Below, one piece after another: positions 45,951 to 54,159 of a stretch of 61,394 nt of DNA. Numbering within the stretch: the first letter of the stretch is position 1; the number at the start of each line of letters is the position of its first letter. A program made the translations under genes and the position numbers. Origin of the DNA: Candidatus Methanophagales archaeon. Lineage in GTDB: Archaea > Halobacteriota > Syntropharchaeia > Alkanophagales > Methanospirareceae. The notes under the pieces are model-generated. The model was given only the letters and a program-made list of their open reading frames with translations, was not told where the DNA came from and did not search any database. The DNA lies in the NCBI GenBank assembly GCA_025435355.1, contig JANJFQ010000001.1, positions 1 to 61,394 on the forward strand. The letters are read 5' to 3'.

Positions 45951-46514
45951 CTATTCCGGTCTTTTCTCTCGCCTCCGCAATAATAATAATACTCCCACAC
46001 CCGCGGTAAATATAACGGTGACCTCACCAAGCGTATCGTAACCTCTGTAATCAGCGAGGATATAAGTTACCATATTCGGCACTTCTGTCTCATGGTGCCC
46101 TTCCTCTATATACCGTATGATAGGTGCATACCGGTAGACATCCAGCGTATCCCCCTCTCTCTTAATAAAGTAATACTTGGAGCGTTTCTGCTCGAGCTCT
46201 GGAAGGTCTTGATAATACTTCTCCGGTGGAATAACATATGCATCCCATTCGCCTTCTGTTACCGTTTCAACACTCGAAGGTAGTTCGTCTTTCCGGAAAC
46301 CTATGGCTTCAAGTTCACTCACCAACGCCTCAGGAACAATACCCTGATTCAAATCGTCCACTAACTCATCGGCATCCATGCTGATATCCAACTTCACATA
46401 TCTATTAGGAGGGGAATAGGGGTCTCCAAATGCGGGTATATCTTCAGCCACGTATATGAAAAGAGCGCCTAAAAAAATTACGGAAACAAGAGCCATTGCC
46501 GATATTAATTTCAT
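45951..46514 (-). CDS. MbhE-like / MrpB N-terminal-like subunit with a long hydrophilic insertion
   Basis: TM1 is 'MKLISAMALVSVIFLGALFIYV'. The C-terminal 'NMVTYILADYRGYDTLGEVTVIF' is the MbhE/MnhB-N motif. The start is at the internal Met and overlaps the upstream stop by 4 nt (ORF track 46658). Confidence 0.65.
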   Translation of the reverse strand: MKLISAMALVSVIFLGALFIYVAEDIPAFGDPYSPPNRYVKLDISMDADELVDDLNQGIVPEALVSELEAIGFRKDELPSSVETVTEGEWDAYVIPPEKYYQDLPELEQKRSKYYFIKREGDTLDVYRYAPIIRYIEEGHHETEVPNMVTYILADYRGYDTLGEVTVIFTAGVGVLLLLRRREKRPE

Positions 46515-46756
46515 TTCTTCTCCCACCTCGCCGTCCTGGACAAAGCAGCGATTAAGAATGCGGTGGTTGCACCGGCGCCGACGGCAGCTTCTGTAAATGC
46601 CACATCCACCGAATGCATCTGCACCCAGACCACAGCCATCAGAAAACTGTAAGCACACAACAGCATAATCGCACTCAATAAGTCTCTCACGGTTATTGCA
46701 GCTATTGCGATTGCCACAATTAAAAATAACACAATGAGGTCAAGCTGCCATATCAT
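46511..46756 (-). CDS. MbhD-like (DUF4040; MrpA C-terminal-like) subunit
   Basis: 'AIAAITVRDLLSAIMLLCAYSFLMAVVWVQMHSVDVAFTEAAVGAG'. Confidence 0.7.
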   Translation of the reverse strand: MIWQLDLIVLFLIVAIAIAAITVRDLLSAIMLLCAYSFLMAVVWVQMHSVDVAFTEAAVGAGATTAFLIAALSRTARWEKK

Positions 46757-46878
46757 TTTTTTATTTATCTCCTACTTCTGCTGTTCATATTTAAAATATA
46801 TTATATAAAACTGTCGCTTTTTACCCGTAACTTTAACTTTTGCGCTTTTCATTTTTCATTGCCGCCGTCAGGCGATTA

Positions 46879-47385
46879 TCACCCTTCCATATACACATCA
46901 GCTACTTTCTTTTGCATCGTCTTATCCACTAAGAGCGCGTCAGCGGGTTTTTTCGCGATTGCATGCACCCAAAACTTACCTTTTTCACGGTCTACCAATA
47001 TGGTTATCGTTCCGGGGGTTAAGGTGATGGAATTAGCTAAGGTAACGAGAGCGAAATCGCTTCGCACGGAAGTTTCAAATTCTATTATTCGAGGGTCTAT
47101 CGGCATCTTCGGATGGAGAACTCGATATGCAACGTCGAAGTTTGCCAGTAATATCTGCCACAATTCCCAACCGAGGTAAATAACGAATCTAAAGGACTTC
47201 AAAAGCATCTTCTCGCCTTTTCCCTTTACCAGCAGGTCATGAGAAATCAACGCCACAATCGCACTGCATATTATACCGGCTGTGAGATGGAAGGTGTCGA
47301 AGTGTCCGGATAAGAGAAGCCAGAACAAGAACAGGGCACAAAACGTTACGAGTATTCCAAAAGCTTTTCCTGATTTAGCGGTCAT
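46879..47385 (-). CDS. mrpE: Mrp antiporter subunit E
   Basis: 'FWLLLSGHF', 'VLHPKMPIDPRII', 'LANSITLTPGTI'. Confidence 0.8.
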   Translation of the reverse strand: MTAKSGKAFGILVTFCALFLFWLLLSGHFDTFHLTAGIICSAIVALISHDLLVKGKGEKMLLKSFRFVIYLGWELWQILLANFDVAYRVLHPKMPIDPRIIEFETSVRSDFALVTLANSITLTPGTITILVDREKGKFWVHAIAKKPADALLVDKTMQKKVADVYMEG

Positions 47386-47404
47386 CTACTCTTCTTCCTC
47401 CTCT

Positions 47405-47737
47405 TCACATCCTTGCATCCCCTTTCTTCCAGGGCTTTACGCCTGTATTATAAGCAGCTTTCATTATCGCATGTGTCGCCGTTGGATTGGCGAGGAAAAT
47501 GAATATTATTAAAAATAGAAGTTTCACAGGTACGAGAGGTGTTTCAGGATAATGAAATAAATGGTATAACAACAAACCAGCGATTATAAGGACTTCTCCA
47601 AGCGTGTCGCACTTACCGGTTGCATGCAGTCTCGTGTAAAAGTCAGGCAATCTCAGTAATCCAACTACGCCGGTGAACATAAAGAAAATTCCAGCAGCTA
47701 GGAATATCATTACGATTATCTCGATTATTTCGACCAT
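47405..47737 (-). CDS. mrpG: Mrp antiporter subunit G
   Basis: 'GVVGLLRLPDFYTRLHATGKCDTLG'. Confidence 0.8.
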   Translation of the reverse strand: MVEIIEIIVMIFLAAGIFFMFTGVVGLLRLPDFYTRLHATGKCDTLGEVLIIAGLLLYHLFHYPETPLVPVKLLFLIIFIFLANPTATHAIMKAAYNTGVKPWKKGDARM

Positions 47738-47994
47738 ACTTCACCCCTCTCCAAATATTTCGCGAAGGCTAAAGTGCCTATGAAATTCAGCACTGCATAG
47801 AGAAGCGAGATGTCAAAGAACAGAGGTCTTTCGAAATAATAGCCTATGATAACTAAAAGAACGATTGTTTTTGTCCCTATTACGTTCACCGCCGTCACGC
47901 GATTAAATACGCCGGGTCCAAGCGCTGCTCGGTATAAACTCAACAATATCGTGAGTGCAATTAACAGCCCGATTGCTAAAAATACTTCTATCAT
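47725..47994 (-). CDS. mrpF: Mrp antiporter subunit F
   Basis: 89 aa, 3 TM. 'LYRAALGPGVFNRVTAVNVIGTKTIVLL' is MnhF-like. Confidence 0.75.
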   Translation of the reverse strand: MIEVFLAIGLLIALTILLSLYRAALGPGVFNRVTAVNVIGTKTIVLLVIIGYYFERPLFFDISLLYAVLNFIGTLAFAKYLERGEVWSK

Positions 47995-48110
47995 TTTTCG
48001 CGGGTTTTGATTAATTTATAGTATGTTGGTTGTTGAGGAAATATAAATAACTTTTGGAATTTTTCTGTGGTATGTAAAAAAGCAAAGGTCTCGTAGCGGT
48101 GTCAATGTAA

Positions 48111-48683
48111 ATGTCTGTATTTGAAGCAGCGAAGAAGAGGGCGATGGAGAGATTGCGGATAGGGGGAGCGGACGAAGAAGTAGCGGGAATAATAGAAAGG
48201 CTAAACAGTTTTGAAGGGTTTTTCACGACGAGCAGTTGCTCCGGAAGAATCGCTTTGATTTGTTTACCGGAGATAGGGGCGAAGCGAGAAGCGGAATTTA
48301 TTGGTAAATGGCATCGTTCAGTGACGAAGGAAGAAGTGTTAGAGGCGATAAAGACTTCAGAGAAAGGTGAGATCTGGCTATTATCGCAATCGCCGATATT
48401 GCACGTGGCGTGCAGAAGTTTGGAGAAGGCAAAGGCGTTGTTAAGGATAGCGATTGAGTCCGGCTTTAAATACAGCAGTATAAAAGCGATTTCAAAGGAT
48501 AATGAAAAAGTGGTGGTGGAGATAATGAGCACGGAAAGGATGGACGTTCCGTTGGGTAAAGATGGCGTGATGTTTTGCAGCGAATCGCACCTGGATTTTA
48601 TCTTGTCGAAGGCGAATTTCATGCTCGAAAGGGTGAAAGAGAAGTTGAAGCGGTTTTGTTATGGGTTGAAGGAGCTTAAGTAG
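48111..48683 (+). CDS. taw3: tRNA wyosine-derivative methyltransferase Taw3 (TYW3 family)
   Basis: 'FFTTSSCSGRIAL' (SSCSGRI motif), 'ILHVACRSLEKAKALL', ~190 aa. Confidence 0.75.
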   Translation: MSVFEAAKKRAMERLRIGGADEEVAGIIERLNSFEGFFTTSSCSGRIALICLPEIGAKREAEFIGKWHRSVTKEEVLEAIKTSEKGEIWLLSQSPILHVACRSLEKAKALLRIAIESGFKYSSIKAISKDNEKVVVEIMSTERMDVPLGKDGVMFCSESHLDFILSKANFMLERVKEKLKRFCYGLKELK

Positions 48684-48845
48684 ATTGTTTTCGTTCGATA
48701 GTTTTTATTATAATGCATTTTAGATGGCAAAAAGCGAAAACCATATGTACTCTAATAACACTACAATTAGAGTGTAACGTCGAATAGGGATACCATCAAG
48801 ATACCGCGGGAAGAATAACAAAAAAATTATCAGGAGAAGATAGAA

Positions 48846-49592
48846 ATGGAGATATTGGTGCTTGTGGTCTTTTTGGCTATTTTGATGGAACTTATTGACA
48901 CATCTCTGGGTATGATGTATGGAACCATACTCAGCCCGCTGTTAATCTCGGTAGGATTCGATCCGAAACTTGTTGTCCCTTCTATCCTCATTTCACAGGC
49001 AATTGGTGGCATAATAGGAACTATAAGGCATCATAACTATAATTCCGCTAATTTTAAGGGATGGACAAGGGATACAAGAGTAGTTTCTGCTATCGTATTG
49101 CCGGGAGTTTTTGCTTGTTTGTTAGGCGCTTTTATAGCTGTTTCTATTCCAAGCTGGGCACTGAAAACATATATTGGATTACTTGTGATTCTAATGGGCG
49201 TTTTATGTTTAAAGCCATACTCGTATAAATTCTCATGGGGGAAGATATACGTGATTGGAATAGTGGCTGCATTCAATAAAGCACTATCAGGTGGGGGTTT
49301 TGGTCCGGTAACGTCTACCGGAAAAATTCTCGGAGGCTTGAATCCAAAAGTATCAATAGCCACGACAACTTATGCGGAGGTCCCAATATGTCTGCTGAGT
49401 TTCCTTTTTTGGGTGATGCTAAGAGGCGGTATTGGGATAGCCTTTCCTTTAGCGTTATGCGCGGGAGCAGCTTTTGGAGCCATAATCGGACCATGGATAA
49501 CTTACAAATTGAAATCTGATAAACTTAGGAGTGTTGTTGGAATATTAGCGATAATCACTGGAATTTGGTGCATGACTAAACTTTTTGTATAG
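48846..49592 (+). CDS. TauE/SafE-family anion exporter membrane protein
   Basis: 248 aa, ~7-8 TM, with a duplicated 'GG..G' helix pattern ('ISQAIGGIIGT', 'LSGGGFGPVT'). Confidence 0.55.
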   Translation: MEILVLVVFLAILMELIDTSLGMMYGTILSPLLISVGFDPKLVVPSILISQAIGGIIGTIRHHNYNSANFKGWTRDTRVVSAIVLPGVFACLLGAFIAVSIPSWALKTYIGLLVILMGVLCLKPYSYKFSWGKIYVIGIVAAFNKALSGGGFGPVTSTGKILGGLNPKVSIATTTYAEVPICLLSFLFWVMLRGGIGIAFPLALCAGAAFGAIIGPWITYKLKSDKLRSVVGILAIITGIWCMTKLFV

Positions 49593-50282
49593 CTTCTCAT
49601 CATGTAGATATTCAGTGATGACCTTGTATTCAATCTCAGATAGCGAAGTTTTCAGCCATTCAATTCCTTTCGATTTAAAAGGGATGAGAGAATGAAAAGA
49701 AATGCCATGCTGACTTGCTACCGCAGCCGCTCCTTGCTCGCGATCAAGTAAAACAATTACATCTTTGCATTCGACCTTTAAACCGCTCTTTTTCGCTTCT
49801 GTTTTTATTTGCTCAATAGCAACGAGTTTAGAATCGAATTTTGTCGCTAAATCGTCAATAACTGCTATCCTGTCGCCCGTTTCAAACTCGCCCTCTACCA
49901 GCGTATGCTCACCATAACTTTGAATGTATTTTTTAAATTCGGCTAAAGACCTGACTTCGATTTTTCTCGTCCAGAGAGATGGTATGCCTTCCTGTAACGT
50001 TATTGCGCAGGCAATGGGTATCCCCGTCATTGCTACACCCACCACTTTATTCACAGCTTTGCATTCCTCTTTGAGCATTTTTCCAAGTGCATATCCCACC
50101 TTTCGGAGCAGTTCGGGGTAAGAAGGGAGCGGTCTTAATTGTACGTAGAAAGGGCTCCATAAACCAGAAACGAGCTTCCAACCATCTGGATTATCACGAT
50201 ACCACGTTTTTATCAGCCCATTCTCGTATAATAAACGAGTTATTTCTTTTCCGAGTTCCTCTTTCTCCTCCTCCCATGTCAT
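49545..50282 (-). CDS. orotate phosphoribosyltransferase-like (type I PRTase)
   Basis: 'SPFYVQLRPL', 'VVGVAMTGIPIA', PRPP loop 'DRIAVIDDLATKFDS'. ATG at 50282 (the tracked ORF starts at TTG 50294). Confidence 0.6.
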   Translation of the reverse strand: MTWEEEKEELGKEITRLLYENGLIKTWYRDNPDGWKLVSGLWSPFYVQLRPLPSYPELLRKVGYALGKMLKEECKAVNKVVGVAMTGIPIACAITLQEGIPSLWTRKIEVRSLAEFKKYIQSYGEHTLVEGEFETGDRIAVIDDLATKFDSKLVAIEQIKTEAKKSGLKVECKDVIVLLDREQGAAAVASQHGISFHSLIPFKSKGIEWLKTSLSEIEYKVITEYLHDEKLYKKFSHAPNSSDYR

Positions 50283-50422
50283 TTTATTTTTCAATTAAAA
50301 CCACGCCTATCCCCATTTCACCAGGATTTGGTATTGCTGCACCATCAAAATGTATCTTTTTCATCTTTTACCTCTTGTTCAACATACGAATTCTTTATTA
50401 TTAAATCTTGGTTGGAAAAACC

Positions 50423-51073
50423 ATGAACTGGAATGAACTACAAGAGGAAATAAAGCGATGTAAGAAGTGCAAAGAAGAAGGCAATTGTGAGGTTATATGT
50501 CCTGATGAGCGGGTTCCTATATCAGAGCCACGGAACGTAAAACTTCTTTTTATTTCCGAAGCACCACCTCTGAATAGCCATTACTACTTCTACAACGAAA
50601 ATTCAAATGATAGACTGCGGAATAGCTTATTTGAGTTATTACGAACTGACCTGAGCTATGAAATCAGCGCTATAAGCGATTTTATCGCTGCGGGTTTTTA
50701 CCTTCTGCCGACAGTGAAGTGCCCATCGGCGAGAAATGGGCGAAATGCCGCTCCTCATGGAAAAGTTATAAAACTCTGTGCTGAGTGCCATCTTAAACGA
50801 GAAATAGAGCATATAAAGCCCGAAGGTGTTTGTTTATTGGGAGGGACGGCACTACGGGGTTTTTTAGTCTTACGTAATCTCTGGGACATGCAGGTACAAA
50901 ACCCATGGGAAGTGGGAAGGACATTATCCGAGGCAGCAGGAAAAATGTTAGAAGTGAAGATTTTGGATAAAGGTATCAAGTTTATCCCCTCATACTGGCC
51001 CACGAGAAGACATCGCAAGTTTCACGAAATAAGCGAGCACATAAGGATGTTGATGGAGGGAATAGAGTTTTAG
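50423..51073 (+). CDS. uracil-DNA glycosylase superfamily-like protein
   Basis: N-terminal Cys cluster 'CKKCKEEGNCEVIC', 'LLFISEAPP' (cf. the GEAPG motif A region), 'LLPTVKCP'. The assignment is tentative. Confidence 0.4.
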   Translation: MNWNELQEEIKRCKKCKEEGNCEVICPDERVPISEPRNVKLLFISEAPPLNSHYYFYNENSNDRLRNSLFELLRTDLSYEISAISDFIAAGFYLLPTVKCPSARNGRNAAPHGKVIKLCAECHLKREIEHIKPEGVCLLGGTALRGFLVLRNLWDMQVQNPWEVGRTLSEAAGKMLEVKILDKGIKFIPSYWPTRRHRKFHEISEHIRMLMEGIEF

Positions 51074-51101
51074 AGGATATTGATGATATCTTTTGTACTT
51101 A

Positions 51102-51203
51102 TTTACCGCTGAGCCCGCTGAGCCCGCTGAGCTCGCAGAGAACACAAAGAGTCAGGTAAATCTTTTATCTCATCTCAACGCTCTCCATGATCTCGGCGGT
51201 AAA
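51102..51203. repeat. MITE-like short interspersed repeat, copy 2, with internal 9-bp tandem (GCTGAGCCC)
   Basis: 'TTTACCGCTGAGCCCGCTGAGCCCGCTGAGCTCGCAGAGAACACAAAGAG...TCTCCATGATCTCGGCGGTAAA'. The termini are inverted repeats. Confidence 0.5.
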
Positions 51204-51240
51204 CAAAATTATTTAAATCTTGTATAACAAAGTATCATTC

Positions 51241-51591
51241 ATGGCGGACAATCTATCCCCTTTTGTGTGGGTTCATGACGATATTATAATAAAGGGGAAG
51301 AAAGAGGTGAAGATAGTATGTATATTGGAGCTATCAGACGATTTAAAAGATATAATTGCTGTTTTAATTGAAACCGGTCTTTCTAAGGCGGAGAAGATGA
51401 GAGAGGTATTACAACTAATGGGGGAAATTCTAAGAAGAGATGACCGATTTAAGGATATTGTAGCAGAGATGAAAATCTACCGTGAAACAGTTTTTAGTCG
51501 CAGCATACCATTCACAATGATAAAAGCGAGAGCAATCTTAAGCAAGCTTAGGAAATGGCAGAATGCCATAGAGAGGAGGTTGGGAACATAA
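51241..51591 (+). CDS. hypothetical protein, tightly linked to the downstream glucan-phosphorylase-like gene
   Basis: ATG at 51241 (the tracked ORF starts at TTG 51220, inside the repeat flank). Its stop lies 1 nt before the ATG at 51593. Confidence 0.4.
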   Translation: MADNLSPFVWVHDDIIIKGKKEVKIVCILELSDDLKDIIAVLIETGLSKAEKMREVLQLMGEILRRDDRFKDIVAEMKIYRETVFSRSIPFTMIKARAILSKLRKWQNAIERRLGT

Positions 51592-51592
51592 G

Positions 51593-54136
51593 ATGGTAGC
51601 TGCAATTCCCCAGATGAATGAAGAAGCATCGAAGTTAGCAGCAGAGATTTCGACTTTGGCTGTGGAAGTAGAAAATCTTGGAGCACTTTCACCAGAATGG
51701 TATCTTTTGAATTTACTCAGTCAGACAATGGTTAATATGAAGGAGCAGTTTGGAGGAGAAGCACTTATTGACGAAGAAAGAATTGCAGCGGTTTTAACAG
51801 ATGAGTTCATCGCACGTGGTTTTAAGCTAAATGAAGGGCAGATAAAAGAATTACTGTATAAGCCGAAGAAAAGATTTGAGGAGCTGGCTATTTTAACCAG
51901 TGATTATAAATGGATTATCCATAATTTAAGAGAAAGATTAAACAACTATAATGCCTTACTCAATTTTCTTAAGATACTCTCCTGGGCAACCCGTATAAAG
52001 TCTTCACATCCCGTTGAAGCACGCTGGCCGGTATTAAAAGCGGTAGCACTCTTAGAAAAGGAAGAGCAGAAGGGTTTGGTCTCTATTCTTGAAGATACAG
52101 GCGTTTTCTTGCAAACAGACCCTCTAATCAACTCCATTTTGCTAATGTTTGGTAAAGTATCTGATAATTGGCTGAAAGAGAACGTTCCTTTACTTACTGC
52201 CCGTCGTATCTATCAGATTGCCTGTGAGATTTGGCATCCCGGAAGAGAAGGAGGAGGGTTAAAGAGGGTCATGCGCAACCACGGTAAAGCGATAAAGAGA
52301 CTAATCGGCGAAGATGCAGAACTTATTCATATCGAGCCTTATTTCCCTTGCGGGCTAAATAGAGAAGGCAAAGTGGTAGAGGTGGAATGGGAGAAGTCAA
52401 TAAAGAATATACGAGAATTTATAAGGTTTGCAGTAGAGGTAGGGGGAAAGCCAGTCGAGGTTGTTGTTTACACAGGAAAGACCAGAGAGGAGGATATACC
52501 TATATTTTTAATCAGGGATAAAGAAGCCTACTATGTGAAGATGTTGTATTTTTATGGTGGGGACTACACGAATTGGGCAGATTTTACTGAATTTTTCTCA
52601 AGAGCAGCCTTAGAGTTAATCTGTACTCTGGAAGAAAGAACTTTAGAAAGACTTGGGGAAGGCTATAAATCTCCGGTTATCCACACTAATGATGCTCAGA
52701 CTGCACCTCTAAATGTATTTAGATTTTTTGGTGAGTATCGTAATAGAGCGGTATTAAATGATGCCTTATTTTGGTTTACTACCCATACTTACGGTAATCG
52801 TGGGATATATGACTATGAGGAAGGAAATAGGATTTTATCCCGGTGGAAGCTTCCGGAAGAAGTAAAATGGTGGTTTATGCGGTCAGAAGCAAGAGTTATA
52901 GATATAAGCAGTGTAGGGATTCGTTCTGCTGAGGGTGTCAACGGAGTAAGTGAAATTCAGGTAGAGGAGGTTAAGGAGTATGATAAAGGTGTGCCTCTGA
53001 TTTCTATTACCAATGGAGATGACAGGAGCTTTTCAGCAAAGGTGTTCCGGGGAATTTTGACGGATACTTTTAAAGATGTAGATGTAGAATTTCTTGAGCC
53101 ACAGCAAATAGAAATAGCAAAAAGAATTGCTAAGGTCAGATTAGGGCTGAATCCTTATCAGCCAGTAATTTCTTATTCGGGTCGTTTGGTTGATGAGAAA
53201 GTTGGACTCAAGCGAGCATTTACAGATGAAAATATTGAGGAATTAGTCAAGATGGGTGCACAGGTAGTCATCTTTGGCAATGTTCAACCTGGCGCAGGGA
53301 GTCAAAAGCTTTATGAAGGATTAATAGCGCTTCTTAACAGGCTCGAAGCAAAGAGATACGCTGGAAAGTTAATAGTAGTCAATAACTTTACCTTGGAAGA
53401 GCAGATTGCACTTTTAGCCGCTACCGATATTCAGGTTCAGGATTCAGACAGAGGAACAGAGGGGGCAGGGTATACTGAAGCAGATATTAGTGCAAATGCC
53501 GGACTTCAAGTAGGTCCACCATATAAAGAAGGAATTATTCAGGCTCATGGTGCAATCGTTAATTTTGCTGTCCCTGGAGAGGGGAATACGATAATCCCAG
53601 CTAATCCTACACCTCAAAGCTATCTTGCCATACTTAAAAGGCTGATAGAGATGAATCCTGCGGATTTTGCAAAATACCAGGCGACTTCTGTAAGACTTAG
53701 CCGCATCTTAGGGGCTGGACTGACTGCTGCTGGATACTTAAGGCAGTGGAATAAAGCTCTTAAGTGTAAAGGGGTTATTTCGGTTGAAGATAGCCAGCCT
53801 GTTAAAGAAATAGGAACTATTGGATTATATGAGTATTTACCCGTTATTGCAAAGGTGGGTTTAAGTGAGGGTGTCCCCTTAGAGGAAGTGCTTGTTCAGA
53901 TTTGGACGAATGCAACTGAGGATGGAAGATGGATACCTGTAAACATGCATCTTACTGAAAAAGAAGAAGATAAATATGTATATAGTGGCGAAATAGAGCC
54001 CCCGAAAGAGGGTAAATTTGAATACACTTTAAGGGTTTCTCCGGATTTTGGTAAGACCTGGAAGTGGGCAGGTAAACCGGGAGAAAATAGGGTATTTTCT
54101 TGCATTGCTTATGCTCCTTCCACGATGGTTTTCTAA
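51593..54136 (+). CDS. GT-B fold alpha-glucan phosphorylase / glycogen-synthase-like protein with N-terminal helical extension
   Basis: 'GREGGGLKRV' (GGLG-like), 'VIHTNDAQTAPL', 'ISITNGDD', 'VISYSGRLVDEKVGL', 'RGTEGAGYTEADISANAGLQ'. The C-terminal 'YVYSGEIEPPKEGKFEYTLRVSPD' resembles the tail of the TIGR02094-type phosphorylases. Confidence 0.45.
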   Translation: MVAAIPQMNEEASKLAAEISTLAVEVENLGALSPEWYLLNLLSQTMVNMKEQFGGEALIDEERIAAVLTDEFIARGFKLNEGQIKELLYKPKKRFEELAILTSDYKWIIHNLRERLNNYNALLNFLKILSWATRIKSSHPVEARWPVLKAVALLEKEEQKGLVSILEDTGVFLQTDPLINSILLMFGKVSDNWLKENVPLLTARRIYQIACEIWHPGREGGGLKRVMRNHGKAIKRLIGEDAELIHIEPYFPCGLNREGKVVEVEWEKSIKNIREFIRFAVEVGGKPVEVVVYTGKTREEDIPIFLIRDKEAYYVKMLYFYGGDYTNWADFTEFFSRAALELICTLEERTLERLGEGYKSPVIHTNDAQTAPLNVFRFFGEYRNRAVLNDALFWFTTHTYGNRGIYDYEEGNRILSRWKLPEEVKWWFMRSEARVIDISSVGIRSAEGVNGVSEIQVEEVKEYDKGVPLISITNGDDRSFSAKVFRGILTDTFKDVDVEFLEPQQIEIAKRIAKVRLGLNPYQPVISYSGRLVDEKVGLKRAFTDENIEELVKMGAQVVIFGNVQPGAGSQKLYEGLIALLNRLEAKRYAGKLIVVNNFTLEEQIALLAATDIQVQDSDRGTEGAGYTEADISANAGLQVGPPYKEGIIQAHGAIVNFAVPGEGNTIIPANPTPQSYLAILKRLIEMNPADFAKYQATSVRLSRILGAGLTAAGYLRQWNKALKCKGVISVEDSQPVKEIGTIGLYEYLPVIAKVGLSEGVPLEEVLVQIWTNATEDGRWIPVNMHLTEKEEDKYVYSGEIEPPKEGKFEYTLRVSPDFGKTWKWAGKPGENRVFSCIAYAPSTMVF

Positions 54137-54159
54137 TAAAGTTTCTTTTGAGTTAAATT

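Noticed and set aside
41757-47994. Possibility that the mrp-like operon is the membrane arm of an Mbh/Mbx/Ech-type hydrogenase or Fpo complex
   Set aside because: I looked through all ORFs for NuoB/NuoD-like ([NiFe] small/large subunit), NuoC, NuoI or NuoH-like proteins. None was found in the window. The operon is bounded by a promoter region at 47995-48110 and a T8 tract at 41746-41753.
48011-48622. 203-aa ORF on the minus strand
   Set aside because: It is fully antisense to the well-supported taw3 gene (SSCSGRI motif). The sequence is low-complexity and Ser/Ile-rich with no recognisable motif. It is most likely a shadow ORF.
49545-49592. 48-nt convergent overlap between the TauE-like gene and the PRTase-like gene
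   Set aside because: A 3'-3' overlap of this size is common in compact archaeal genomes, and nothing suggests a special function.
50284-50364. 26-codon minus-strand ORF 'MKKIHFDGAAIPNPGEMGIGVVLIEK' resembling the N-terminus of RNase HI, just upstream of the PRTase gene
   Set aside because: It is too short to support a call. It could be a relic of an RNase H gene or a chance match, and it is in a different frame from the downstream gene.
51107-51135. Tandem 9-bp repeat (GCTGAGCCC) considered as a possible CRISPR or minisatellite
   Set aside because: The units are only ~3 and contiguous, with no spacers. The repeat lies inside the MITE-like element, so it is not a CRISPR array.
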